A stretch of DNA of 64,000 bases, taken from NCBI GenBank assembly GCA_043228905.1, contig JBHGNT010000020.1:2542001-2606000 (forward strand). The letters run 5' to 3'. The notes under the pieces are model-generated. The model had not been told where the DNA came from. It saw nothing but the letters and a program-made list of their open reading frames with translations, and made no database searches. The stretch comes from Azolla caroliniana (Eukaryota; Plantae; Polypodiophyta). Each line of letters begins with the position of its first letter. Position 1 is the stretch's first letter. Both the position numbers and the translations under genes were made by a program. Positions 36,836-46,799 of the stretch are shown here, one piece after another.

Positions 36836-39800
36836 TCATTCCTCGCCCGTCGGTTCTTCCTCGTTTTCAGATCGTTCATCACTGCTGACCAGGAGAACCG
36901 GGTCTGGCTCGTCGTCGTGTCGCTTCTTGAACGCTTTGATCCGCTTCCCTGCAACCGGTATCGCCATTCTCGTGCCGTCGAGTTCCGCCAGGTGATATGT
37001 CCCGTTGTCATTGGCGCCCCGTACCACGTAAGGCCCGAACCACCTTCGCGCGAACTTCCGTGTAGCTCGGTGCTGGTTGTCGAGGCTGCTGTCGTAGACG
37101 AGCACCCAGTCACCTTCTTCGATTTTCTTCGGTCGGAGCTGGTGCGTTCGGTCGAACCTGGCTTTGTTCTTCTTCCTCGCCTCCCGGAGCTTCTCCGCAG
37201 CCAGCCCCACGTCCTCCGGTCTCCGCTCGAGCTGTCGTATGCGCGCGGCCAACAACTCCTCCCGGCTCATCTCGTCCCTCCAGTCGACCGTTGCCCACGA
37301 GGAGATCGTCCGTTCCATCGGCATGATCGGCTTCTGGCCTAACATGAGCTCCGTCGGCATGTACCCGGTTACCGAACTGTGCGTGGTCCGGTCTGCCCAC
37401 AAAGCATAAGGTAGCAGCCGCGGCCAGTTACCGACTCGGCCTCCGCATGCCCGAACCAACGCCTTGACGATCGGTCCGTGTCCGCGCTCCACCTTTCCAT
37501 TCGCCTCCGGATTGTACGCAGTGGTGAGCGAGAGCTGGACTCCCAGCCGGTCGAACAGCTCCGCGGCTTCTTCGGCGTCCAACTCCCCTCGGTCCGCCAC
37601 GATCTTCCCGACGCACCCGTACCGGCATATCACGTCCTCGATTAGGAACCGGCATACGGCCGCGGTCGTTTTGTTCGGAAGGGCCCGGCCTTCCACCTGG
37701 TTCGTCAGATCCTCCCGCGCTAGGACCAGGTACCGCATCTGTCCTACCCCCATTGGCATCGTCACCAGATCTACCATCCATTTGAAGTGGATGGTCGGAG
37801 GGTACGTGGGGTGAAGCTCGTCCCGATGTCGGACTATGGAGTGCATCTGACAGCTCTCGCAAGTCGTCACGAACCGATGCACGTCCCGGTACTGCCCCGG
37901 CCACCAATACTTCCCCTTCAGTTTCTCAAACGTAGCCCATGTTCCACGGTGTCCAGCCCAAGGGCTGTCGTGGTAGGCCGTCAGCAGCTCCTCCTGTTCT
38001 TCCTTCATCGCCACCACCCGGAGCGGAGCGCCGTCCCTCTTCCTCGGGTGTTTCCATAGGTAGCCATCCCGGAGAAAGAACCGGTACGCTTTCTTCCGGA
38101 TCCGGTTGGCCTCGTCCTTCGTCCATGACGCATCGGGCGTCATTGTCTTCAAAAACCCACCGATCTGCAGCCACTCCCCGTCGTACTTGCTCGCGTCGAA
38201 GTCGTTAAGCGCCGGAGTGCTTGTTCCGTTGGTTGTTACATACGCAGTCTCGAAGAAGTCCACGCCGACCTCTTCGTCCTCCGAAACCATGCCGCCCTCG
38301 TCATCGAATCTCGCCCTTGAAAGCATGTCGGCCATGGCGTTGTCTTTCCCGGAAATGTGTCGTATTTCCGGGTCCAGGGACTTGATGTACGCTATCCACC
38401 TGAGCATTGCCAGGTCCGGCGTCGCGCATCCGGAAACCATGCCGAGAATCGGCATGCAATCCGTCTCTATGATTACCTCCGTCCCGATCAGATAGTCCTT
38501 GTCGGCCTTCACCGCCGAAACGATACCCCAGAGTTCGCGTTTAACCTGGGCGTATCCTCGCTGCCGTTCGCTGAGGACCTTGGCGCCGAATCGGATCGGA
38601 AACCGATTGCCGTCCTCGTCTTCTTGGTTGACGACCCACCCGATTCCGGTCGGACTCGTGTCAACCGTTATGTACACTGGGGTGCCCTTCCTGTAGACGG
38701 CCTTTCGGAGCGCCGGTGCTGCCGAAAGAGCCTCCTTCAGCTTCCGGACCGACTCCGTGTGCTTGTCTAGCCATTCGAATCTTCGCCCTTTCTTCAATAA
38801 TCCGTACAGCGGCTCCGCGACGTGCGCGTAATGCGGGATCCATATGTGGTAGAAGGCGCATGCTCCCAAGAATCTTCGTACTTCCGTGACCGAGCTGCAA
38901 TCAGGCTTCATCGCGGAGATGGCTTCTATCTTTGCCGGAGACGGTTTCCGGCCATATGGTCCACATAAATGTCCGACCACCATGATTTCCGACTGCCCGA
39001 ACGCTGACTTCTCCCCCGAGAAGGTGAGCCTCGCATCCTCTAGCCTTTGCAGCACCTTCTCGCAGTCGTCGATGTGCGTCACCACGAATCGCCGGCATCC
39101 GTCCGGCCCGATCGTCTCGTCCTTCTCTTCTACCGGGCATCCCTTGATCGGGATGTCGTCTAGAAACGGCATGGTGATGTCCGGGATGCAGTCCCTCAGC
39201 ACCTTGTTCATTGCATTCACCATGTGGGCCACCGAGTTGGTCCCTCCTTGCGGCAGCGTACACATCCGCACTAGGCCGAGGGGAGTTCGCATCGTCGTAA
39301 TGTCTCTGCTCTCCACGGCTAGCTGGAACTGGTCGTACCCTGAATATAGATCACCGACCGAGTAAATCGACCTCCCGGCGAAGGCCTCCGCGAACTCGTC
39401 TATGGTCGGTCCGATCCCTGCGTTCCGAATGGTCACCCTATTGACCGGTTGCAGGTCCTGAATGAAGCGCAATGATCCGTTTCTCTTTGGTACTGTAAAC
39501 CACCGGTTCGAGTACGGGGCGCTCGACGGCTCGAGAATGCCCATATCAACTTTCTGCTTCAACAGCTCCATCAACTTCGGGATGTGAGCTCTTGGAACCG
39601 GAATTGGCTTGAGATTCCACGGTACATGCGGTACCGTGAATATCACCATCGGCTCTACGATCGTCGGGTCTACGCACCCGATTTGCTCCGGTGAGAATGC
39701 GAAGGCTTTCCCGTGCCTTCCGAGCATCCTCCGAAACCGGTCTTCCTCCACCGGCAGTAGGAACCCGCCCCCACCGATCTTCAGCTCGCGGAGCGTCTCG

Positions 39801-40324
39801 TTGGTGAAGGTGTGTCCTATGCAGGCCGGATCTCGTAGGCTGGGGTCCGATGCAACCCCTTTGATCCGGGATTCGCTGCCCTCCGGTAAGGGCGCCGCAA
39901 CTGGCCTCACCTTCCGGTCCACAGTCTTGTACTTGGTGCTAACTCGGGCCGTCCGATCCGACTCGAGCCCCCGACCAAAGTCCGCGATGACTTCGTACAT
40001 TTCTTCGGAACATACCGGTATCGTCCGGTCTTCGTTAAGGTCTTCTTCGACTACCTTCCCCAGCATTCCCAAGGTGTCGTCGAAGGAGACCGCCTCCACG
40101 GCGCCACCGATTTCTTCGTCAGGGCCGAGAACTCCGCACGCTCGAAGTCTCCCCTCCGTCTTTGTTTTCTCTCGGCCGGCGATGCCGACCATCGTACATG
40201 CTCCGCTGTCGGAGAAGCAAAATTTTCTACCTATTGTACACGGTTTTATCGTACAGATGTGGGGTTTCCCCGGAGCATCCGGACTGTCGCGGCCCCACGC
40301 CTTGGCAGTCCTCTCTAAAAATCC
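36836..40324 (-). CDS. pol: Pol (RT-RNase H-integrase), in the -1 frame relative to gag
   Basis: RT PYSNRWFTVPK..LRFIQDLQPVN, LPQG, FLDD; RH VDTSPTGIG; integrase H-H-C-C zinc motif, WMVDLV, ADRGE, NGKVERGH, GPY. The frame is open from the GGATTTT site at 40318-40324. Confidence 0.93.
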   Translation of the reverse strand, partial: GFLERTAKAWGRDSPDAPGKPHICTIKPCTIGRKFCFSDSGACTMVGIAGREKTKTEGRLRACGVLGPDEEIGGAVEAVSFDDTLGMLGKVVEEDLNEDRTIPVCSEEMYEVIADFGRGLESDRTARVSTKYKTVDRKVRPVAAPLPEGSESRIKGVASDPSLRDPACIGHTFTNETLRELKIGGGGFLLPVEEDRFRRMLGRHGKAFAFSPEQIGCVDPTIVEPMVIFTVPHVPWNLKPIPVPRAHIPKLMELLKQKVDMGILEPSSAPYSNRWFTVPKRNGSLRFIQDLQPVNRVTIRNAGIGPTIDEFAEAFAGRSIYSVGDLYSGYDQFQLAVESRDITTMRTPLGLVRMCTLPQGGTNSVAHMVNAMNKVLRDCIPDITMPFLDDIPIKGCPVEEKDETIGPDGCRRFVVTHIDDCEKVLQRLEDARLTFSGEKSAFGQSEIMVVGHLCGPYGRKPSPAKIEAISAMKPDCSSVTEVRRFLGACAFYHIWIPHYAHVAEPLYGLLKKGRRFEWLDKHTESVRKLKEALSAAPALRKAVYRKGTPVYITVDTSPTGIGWVVNQEDEDGNRFPIRFGAKVLSERQRGYAQVKRELWGIVSAVKADKDYLIGTEVIIETDCMPILGMVSGCATPDLAMLRWIAYIKSLDPEIRHISGKDNAMADMLSRARFDDEGGMVSEDEEVGVDFFETAYVTTNGTSTPALNDFDASKYDGEWLQIGGFLKTMTPDASWTKDEANRIRKKAYRFFLRDGYLWKHPRKRDGAPLRVVAMKEEQEELLTAYHDSPWAGHRGTWATFEKLKGKYWWPGQYRDVHRFVTTCESCQMHSIVRHRDELHPTYPPTIHFKWMVDLVTMPMGVGQMRYLVLAREDLTNQVEGRALPNKTTAAVCRFLIEDVICRYGCVGKIVADRGELDAEEAAELFDRLGVQLSLTTAYNPEANGKVERGHGPIVKALVRACGGRVGNWPRLLPYALWADRTTHSSVTGYMPTELMLGQKPIMPMERTISSWATVDWRDEMSREELLAARIRQLERRPEDVGLAAEKLREARKKNKARFDRTHQLRPKKIEEGDWVLVYDSSLDNQHRATRKFARRWFGPYVVRGANDNGTYHLAELDGTRMAIPVAGKRIKAFKKRHDDEPDPVLLVSSDERSENEEEPTGEE

Positions 40325-42438
40325 TCTCGGTTTTCGGAACCGAGGGAGTCGCGGTTACGTTCGTGGTTCGGCCGTACCGTCAGAAACTGGACCGAATGGC
40401 GCCCGTCTTGGCTTTTGATCCTCGCGTAGGCCGAACCATTGTCCAGCACCTTGGTCTCCATCCTCGCCGCCGTGATGTACGGCTCTCCCAGTATGACCGG
40501 ATGCGAAGACGTCTCCTGCACGAAGAAGTGCTGGTCAATCTCGACGTCGCCGATCTTGACTCGCACATTCGGACAGGCCCCGTGCAGTTCCTCGGTGGCG
40601 CGCGTTGCCGCCCTTATTTTCCACCCGTGCTTGGTGTTGATCGGCCATTTGCCCTTCTTATAGAAGTCCATGGACATCAAGTTGATCTCCGATCCGTGGT
40701 CCACCAAAGCTATCACCGGATCCTGGACATCGCCGATCTTCACCGGGGTTTCCGTGGTTGCTCGGGCCCAGTGTGGTCTCGAATAGTGGCTTTCCGCCCA
40801 CTCGTCTCCCAGCGCCACGTCGTCTAGGTGCGTCGTCCGCACTTCCACCGGTCTTTCCGGTTCTGTCTCCGTCGACAGCCTCTTCCGTTTCACTAAGTCC
40901 ACGATGGAGTCATGGAACTCCTTCTTGGCGATTCCCAGCACCTCCCGTAACGACAGCTCCACCTTGCTGTCGAGGATCCGCTCCTCCAGGACCTTTCGTA
41001 AGTCCGTGGTCCTTTCTATCTCCGTCCCCAGACGGTACCCGCCCTTCTGGGGTTTATCTTGCGTACCGGCCCCGCCGGCTTCGTCCCGTCGCGGCCCGGA
41101 CCGGGTCTCGTATCGTTGTGAGGGCCCGGTCGTCCCGGGTTTCCCCACCCGCTTCTCTTCTACCAGAGCCTCGTAGTTCCGGCAAGCGGCTTCCACGAAG
41201 CCCGTCTTTTCCTCGACCGGGTCGCTCCACCCGGTCATCTCCCGTACCCGTTTCTCCGCACGGTCCGATTCCTCCCCTTTAAGCCCTGCACCGGCAAGGC
41301 CTTCTAGCATCGTTGGCCAGAATCCGGCTTTGCTTTCCTTTCGGGCCTCGCCCCCGACTCGAATGCCGGCCGACGCCGAGTAGTGGACGGTTTCCGCGTG
41401 TCGGGCCGCCGCCTCTTCCATCACCCTTTTCATACCACCTCGCCCGTCGTTTCGGCTCAGGGCCCTTCGGGTGTCGCTGGCATGCACCCGTCCTTCCCAC
41501 AGGTACACCACCCTGTTCCTCAGCGCCTCCGCGAAGTCGCCGCAGTCCTTCCGAATGTGGCCGACTTCATCGCACCACATGCACCTGTTTCCTGCCGCCG
41601 GCCGTCGGTCACGAGCCGGTTCGCCTCCTTCCCTTCGGGCCTGCGCGATTTGGAGGTCCTTTATCGCCTTCGTCAATTCCTCCAGCGCCGCTCCTCCGGT
41701 CGAGCCTCTGACTACGCCGGTCGAAGCCGACCCAGTTTCCAACCACTCTCGGGTCTCTTCCTTTCGCACCTGTGGCGCTGGTTCGAGCTTCCTTGCTGCG
41801 ACCGAGCCCGACCCGGTTGCCCCGTTATCCGCCCATTCTCGCCGTTTGTCGAAACGGCCACAGACCTTCCTGACAGCCGCCCAGTCGGTTGTGAGCCCGT
41901 CTTCGGTTTCCAGCAAGAGGCCCACTTGCTCCCGATCCCGCTCGTCGACCGACTTGACAAACAGCAAGACCCGGCTCGTGTCCAGGATGGTTCGGTCGAG
42001 CGCCGAAAGGCGCGCAAAGTTTTCCTCGAACTCCCGGAGGAGTGCCGACGCGTTTCTTTCCTTCCCCGGGGATTCCACCCATTCCATGAACCTTCGCTTC
42101 GAAAGCCGGAGCGCGTCGTCCAGCCCGTATTTCTCTAGGAGCCGACCTTCGAACTCTTCCCAGGTACGGCTCTCCGCCCGCACCTCGAGCACCTCCGCAT
42201 GGATGCTCGGCATCGCCACTCGGGGGAACCCGGCAAGACGCCTTTCTTCCGGAATGTCCCGCATCAGCATTTCTGCACCGTAGGACGCCAGATACTTCGT
42301 GGCATCCCTCCCATCGAACCGGCCGATCGTGCCGACGACCGCCTCAATAGCTCTGTCGAGGGCACCGGTGCCCTCGCGCGCGTTTACAATCCGATCCACG
42401 GCCGAAGCCATGGCCTCTGCAAGATCCGACCCCCTCAT
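40315..42438 (-). CDS. gag: Gag plus aspartic protease
   Basis: CCHC-variant knuckle CMWCDEVGHIRKDC, protease ALVDHGSEINL...VILG. First ATG after the PBS is at 42438. Confidence 0.9.
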   Translation of the reverse strand: MRGSDLAEAMASAVDRIVNAREGTGALDRAIEAVVGTIGRFDGRDATKYLASYGAEMLMRDIPEERRLAGFPRVAMPSIHAEVLEVRAESRTWEEFEGRLLEKYGLDDALRLSKRRFMEWVESPGKERNASALLREFEENFARLSALDRTILDTSRVLLFVKSVDERDREQVGLLLETEDGLTTDWAAVRKVCGRFDKRREWADNGATGSGSVAARKLEPAPQVRKEETREWLETGSASTGVVRGSTGGAALEELTKAIKDLQIAQARREGGEPARDRRPAAGNRCMWCDEVGHIRKDCGDFAEALRNRVVYLWEGRVHASDTRRALSRNDGRGGMKRVMEEAAARHAETVHYSASAGIRVGGEARKESKAGFWPTMLEGLAGAGLKGEESDRAEKRVREMTGWSDPVEEKTGFVEAACRNYEALVEEKRVGKPGTTGPSQRYETRSGPRRDEAGGAGTQDKPQKGGYRLGTEIERTTDLRKVLEERILDSKVELSLREVLGIAKKEFHDSIVDLVKRKRLSTETEPERPVEVRTTHLDDVALGDEWAESHYSRPHWARATTETPVKIGDVQDPVIALVDHGSEINLMSMDFYKKGKWPINTKHGWKIRAATRATEELHGACPNVRVKIGDVEIDQHFFVQETSSHPVILGEPYITAARMETKVLDNGSAYARIKSQDGRHSVQFLTVRPNHERNRDSLGSENREDF

Positions 42439-45400
42439 CTTCTGCTCTTCTGCCGCCTCTTTCACGTCGGGTTCACCAAGATGTCGGGTTATTACGCAAG
42501 TGCGTGTGGAAACGAGGCGGGACCGCGGGGGTCTCGAACCAAAGAGCAAGCGAGGGAAGAGAAAGAGGGAGAACCGGCTACGCAGGACCGGGGATACACA
42601 GGGACACGGCCCTTCAGCACGGAGAACGCGAACAGACACCGACACAGACAGATGCGAACGACTAAATATGTATATTAAGAAAAATGGCTAGCACGACTAC
42701 GACCCGCGATGGGGCACAGGTTGGTTACAACCGAACAGGCCGGCGAACAGATGCCGATGCCTGTTCGCTTCGACGCACAAAGGAGGTAGCAGGTCGGAGG
42801 TGCTGCCGGAAGCGCTCGGGCGTTCCTCGAAACAGCGCGAGCCTCCTCGGAACCCTGCACAGAAAGCTATCGAGCACAAGAAGGAAGGAAACAGAGAGAG
42901 AAGCCTCCAGAAACGGTCCGACAGCACTTCGTCCTCTCCGCGCGAGATCCCCGCAATAGCTCTTTCCTGCTCCTTATATAGGCCGACGAGTAGGCCGTCA
43001 CGTCAGCTTTATTCCCTGTCCCTGTTGGACAGGGATTCGCTTCGTCCTTCACGCATCCGCGTAGTTACGCCGCCGACTCGTACAGTTCCTTCGCTCGCGC
43101 GCGCGACCGAAAAGACTGTTCGCGCGGTCTTTGTCTCCACTTGTGTTAGGGCCCGTTCCCGCCAATTATCCTCCTAATTCGTTTCTATGTACGACTCGGA
43201 GCGTGCGCGCGTGAGGAACCGGTTCCCACGCCTTGGTCTGCCGATTCCGCTTATGGACGGTTTTCTTCACGACAACGTGCCAAGAAGAGAAGAAGTGAGA
43301 TTTCGGCTACGATGATCAATTAGATTCCTCCATGTCTTCATTTTCATCCGGCCTATTATGTTCATCGTCGAGGTAATCGAGGTCAGGATCCTTGTCTTGT
43401 CTTTTCTTGAAAATCTTTACTCTTTTTCCCGTAATGGGTACGGCCAACCTTGATCCGTCTAGTTCCGCAAGGTGGTATGTGGCATTATCGTTGGCACTTG
43501 TCACCACATACGACCCGAACCATCTTATTGCGAACTTCCTTGTTGTATTGTGTTGATTGTCAAGGGTGCTGTCGTAAACCAAAACCCAATCCCATTCTTC
43601 AATCTTCTTGGGACGAAGTCGATGCGTGTTGTCGAACCGAACTTTGTTCTTTACTCGGGCTGCCTTCATCATCTTTCGCGCTTTTTCTAAATCTTCAGGT
43701 CTTCTTTCAAGTTGCCTTATCCGCGCCGCTAATAACTCTTCTCGGCTCATCTCGTTCTCCCACGGTATCGCTACCCATGAGGCGATCGTCCTTTCGATGG
43801 GCATAATCGGCTTTTGTCCATACATAAGCTCCATCGGCATATACCCTATCACCGAGCTATGTGTCGTTCTATCGGCCCACAAGGCATAGGGTAATAGTCG
43901 TGGCCAATTCCCGACTCGACCGTTGCATGCCCGTACGATGGCTTTAACGATAGGTCCATGCCCTCGCTCGATCTTCCCATTTGCTTCCGGATTGTAGGCA
44001 GTCGTGAGGGATAGCTTCACGCCTAGTCTTTCGAAGAGCTCCGTCGCTTCGTGCGCATCCAACTCCCCTCGGTCGGCCACTATCTTCCCTACACATCCAT
44101 ATCGGCAAACAACATCTTCAAGTAAAAATTTACAAACGGCTGAAGTCGTCTTATTTGTCAAGGCTCGTCCTTCCACTTGATTTGTCAAGTCTTCCCTTGC
44201 CAGCGCTAAGTACTTCATTTGTCCCACTCCCATTGGCATCGAGACCAAATCCACCATCCATTTGAAGTGAATGGTGAGTGGGTATGTCGGCTTTAACTCA
44301 TTACGATGACGTATATTTGAATATATTTGGCAAGTTTCACATGTGGACACGAAATGGAGTACATCTTTGTACATGCTTGGCCACCAATACTTCTCTGTCA
44401 ACTTTTCGAACGTCACCCATGTTCCTCTATGACCTGCCCAAGCACTCTCGTGGAATTCGGTCATCAACGTCTCTTGCTCTTCTTTCTTTACCACCACTCG
44501 ACGTGGTATTCCTGTCCTTCTTTTTGGATGTCGCCAAAGGAATCCTCCCTTCAAGAAGTATCAGTAAGCTTTCTTTCGGATTCGTAGGGCCTCCTCCTTT
44601 GTCAACGAAGCATCTGCCGTCAATGTTCTTAGGAATCTACCAATGAGTAACCACTCTCCTTCGTACTCGTTCTCGTTGAAGGCGTGGAGGGTTTGCGTGT
44701 CCTGGTCTTCCGCCGACAATCGAGCCATCTTGAAGAAGTTGAGGGCGACATCTTCATCTTCCAAAACCATGTTACTTCCATTTGAAAATCTTGCCCTCGA
44801 CAGCATGTCAGCCATGGCGTTCTTCTTCCCTGCGATGTGACGGATCTCTGGGTTTAAAGACTTGATGTAGGCGATCCACCTTAGCATAGCAAGATCTGGG
44901 GTCGCACATCCCGAGACCATTCCAAGAATTGGGAGACAATTTGTCTCTATTATCACTTCTGACCCGATCAGGTAATCTTTGTCCGTCTTCACTGCCAACA
45001 CAATACCCCAAAGTTCCCGCTTGACTTGGGCATATCTTTGTTGCCGTTCGCTGAGAACCTTTGCCCCGAACCGGACGGCATATCGCGCATTATCTTCACC
45101 TTCTTGATTGATGACCCACCCGATTCCGGTTGGGCTCGTATCTACGGTCACGTAAATTGGTTTCCCTTCGGCATAGTCGGCCTTCCTTAGTGCCGGAGCT
45201 TCAAGAAGCAGTTTCTTTAATCTTCGCATCGCCTCTGTGTGCTCATCTCGCCATTCGAACTTTATTCTTTTCTTTAGTAGTCCATATAACGGTTCGGCGA
45301 CATGAGTGTAGTGAGGAATCCATATATGATAAAACGCGCACGCTCCAAGGAACCTTCGAACCTCCGTTTGGTTTTCGCATTCTTCTTTCATGTCTTGGAT

Positions 45401-46799
45401 TGCGTTCACTTTGGATGGCGAGGGCTTCCGGCCGTATGCTCCACACAAGTGACCTACCACCAAGATCTCCGGTTTCCCGAATGCGGATTTTTCTCCCGAA
45501 AATGTCAAATTCGCATCTTCGAGCCTTTGAAGCACCTTCTCGCAATCTTTCATATGATCCGCAACGAACTTTCTACAACCTTCCTTATCTTTCGATTCAT
45601 CTTTCTCCTCATCCGAACATCCTTTTACGGAATATCATCCAAGAATGGCATCGTGATGTCCAAAATGCAATCCTTCAAGACTTTATTCATGGCATTCACC
45701 ATATGAGCCACCGAGTTCGTTGCGCCTTGGGGTAAGGTACACATCCGCACAAGCCCGATCGGAGTCCTCATGGTCGTAATGTCCCGACTGTCGATCGCCA
45801 ATTGGAATTGGTCATATCCGGAGTAGAGATCGCCAATGGAGTAGATGGACCGGCCCGCAAACGCTTCGGCAAATTCGTCCATGCTCGGACCGATTCCGGC
45901 ATTTCGAATTGTCACCTTGTTGACGGGTTGAAGATCTTGGATGAATCGCAATGATCCATTCTTCTTCGGCACCGTGAACCACCTATTGGAATAAGGAGCA
46001 TTCGACAGTTCTAGAATTCCCATACTCACCTTCTCCTTTAAGAGCTCGATCAACTTCGGAAGGTGTGCTCTCGGAACCGGTATCGGTTTTAAATTCCAAG
46101 GCACATGAGGCACCGTGAAGATCACCATCGGCTCTATAACCTTTGGGTCGGCGCATCCGATTTCTCGTGGGAAGAATGCGAAAGCCTTCCCATGTCTCTC
46201 AAGCATATCGCGAAACATTCGCTCCTCTTCAGGGAGAAGGAAATCCTCCTTTCCAACTCGTAGCTTCCCCTTCGTCTCTTTGGTGAAGACATGACCTATC
46301 TTCTTCGGATCTCTTAAGCTTGAATCGTTAGCGACTTCCTTCATCTTTTGCCAGCTATCTTCCGGTAGCGGAACCGCAACTGGCTTGATCTTCTTATCCA
46401 CCGTTTTATATTTCGTGTTGATGTCAGCTTCCTTCATCGAGATGCCACGACGGTATTCATCGATGATAGCGTACATGTTGACGGAGTTAACCGAAATCAC
46501 GCGTTGTTTGTGAAGATAGCTCAAGTCCACGACGTCCTCGATTTCGCCGATGGTGTCGTTAAATGAGGCTTCTTCCATAATATGAGTCACGAACTCTCCT
46601 TCTTCTATTATGTTCTCTTCTTTCAGCATCTTCTCGAATTCTTGTATCCGGCGCTTGTGCTTCTTGTCGGGTAGTACTAGTTTACATGTGCTACTAGGTG
46701 TGACACATGTTGCTTCTCCTTGTAATCCACGCACTCTTCTTTCTTGTGGGGTCTTGTGATTGCTCGGACTATTTGTGCCCCATGCTTCAATAGTCCGCT

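Larger units (their letters stand above)
35972..43274 (-). mobile_element. Apparently intact, young Gypsy LTR retrotransposon (Phygy-like)
   Basis: 793-bp LTRs 35972-36764 and 42482-43274 (3 differences seen by eye), TSD ACGT, PBS 42461-42478 complementary to the tRNA-Trp 3' end, PPT GGTGGGGGCGGA, uninterrupted gag and pol ORFs. Confidence 0.97.

Noticed and set aside
42439-42645. N-terminal extension of the 776-aa gag ORF
   Set aside because: It starts inside the LTR and crosses the PBS; ATG 42438 is the more plausible start.
36677-42691. Many long plus-strand ORFs antisense to gag/pol
   Set aside because: Expected shadow ORFs of GC-rich coding sequence, with no motifs.
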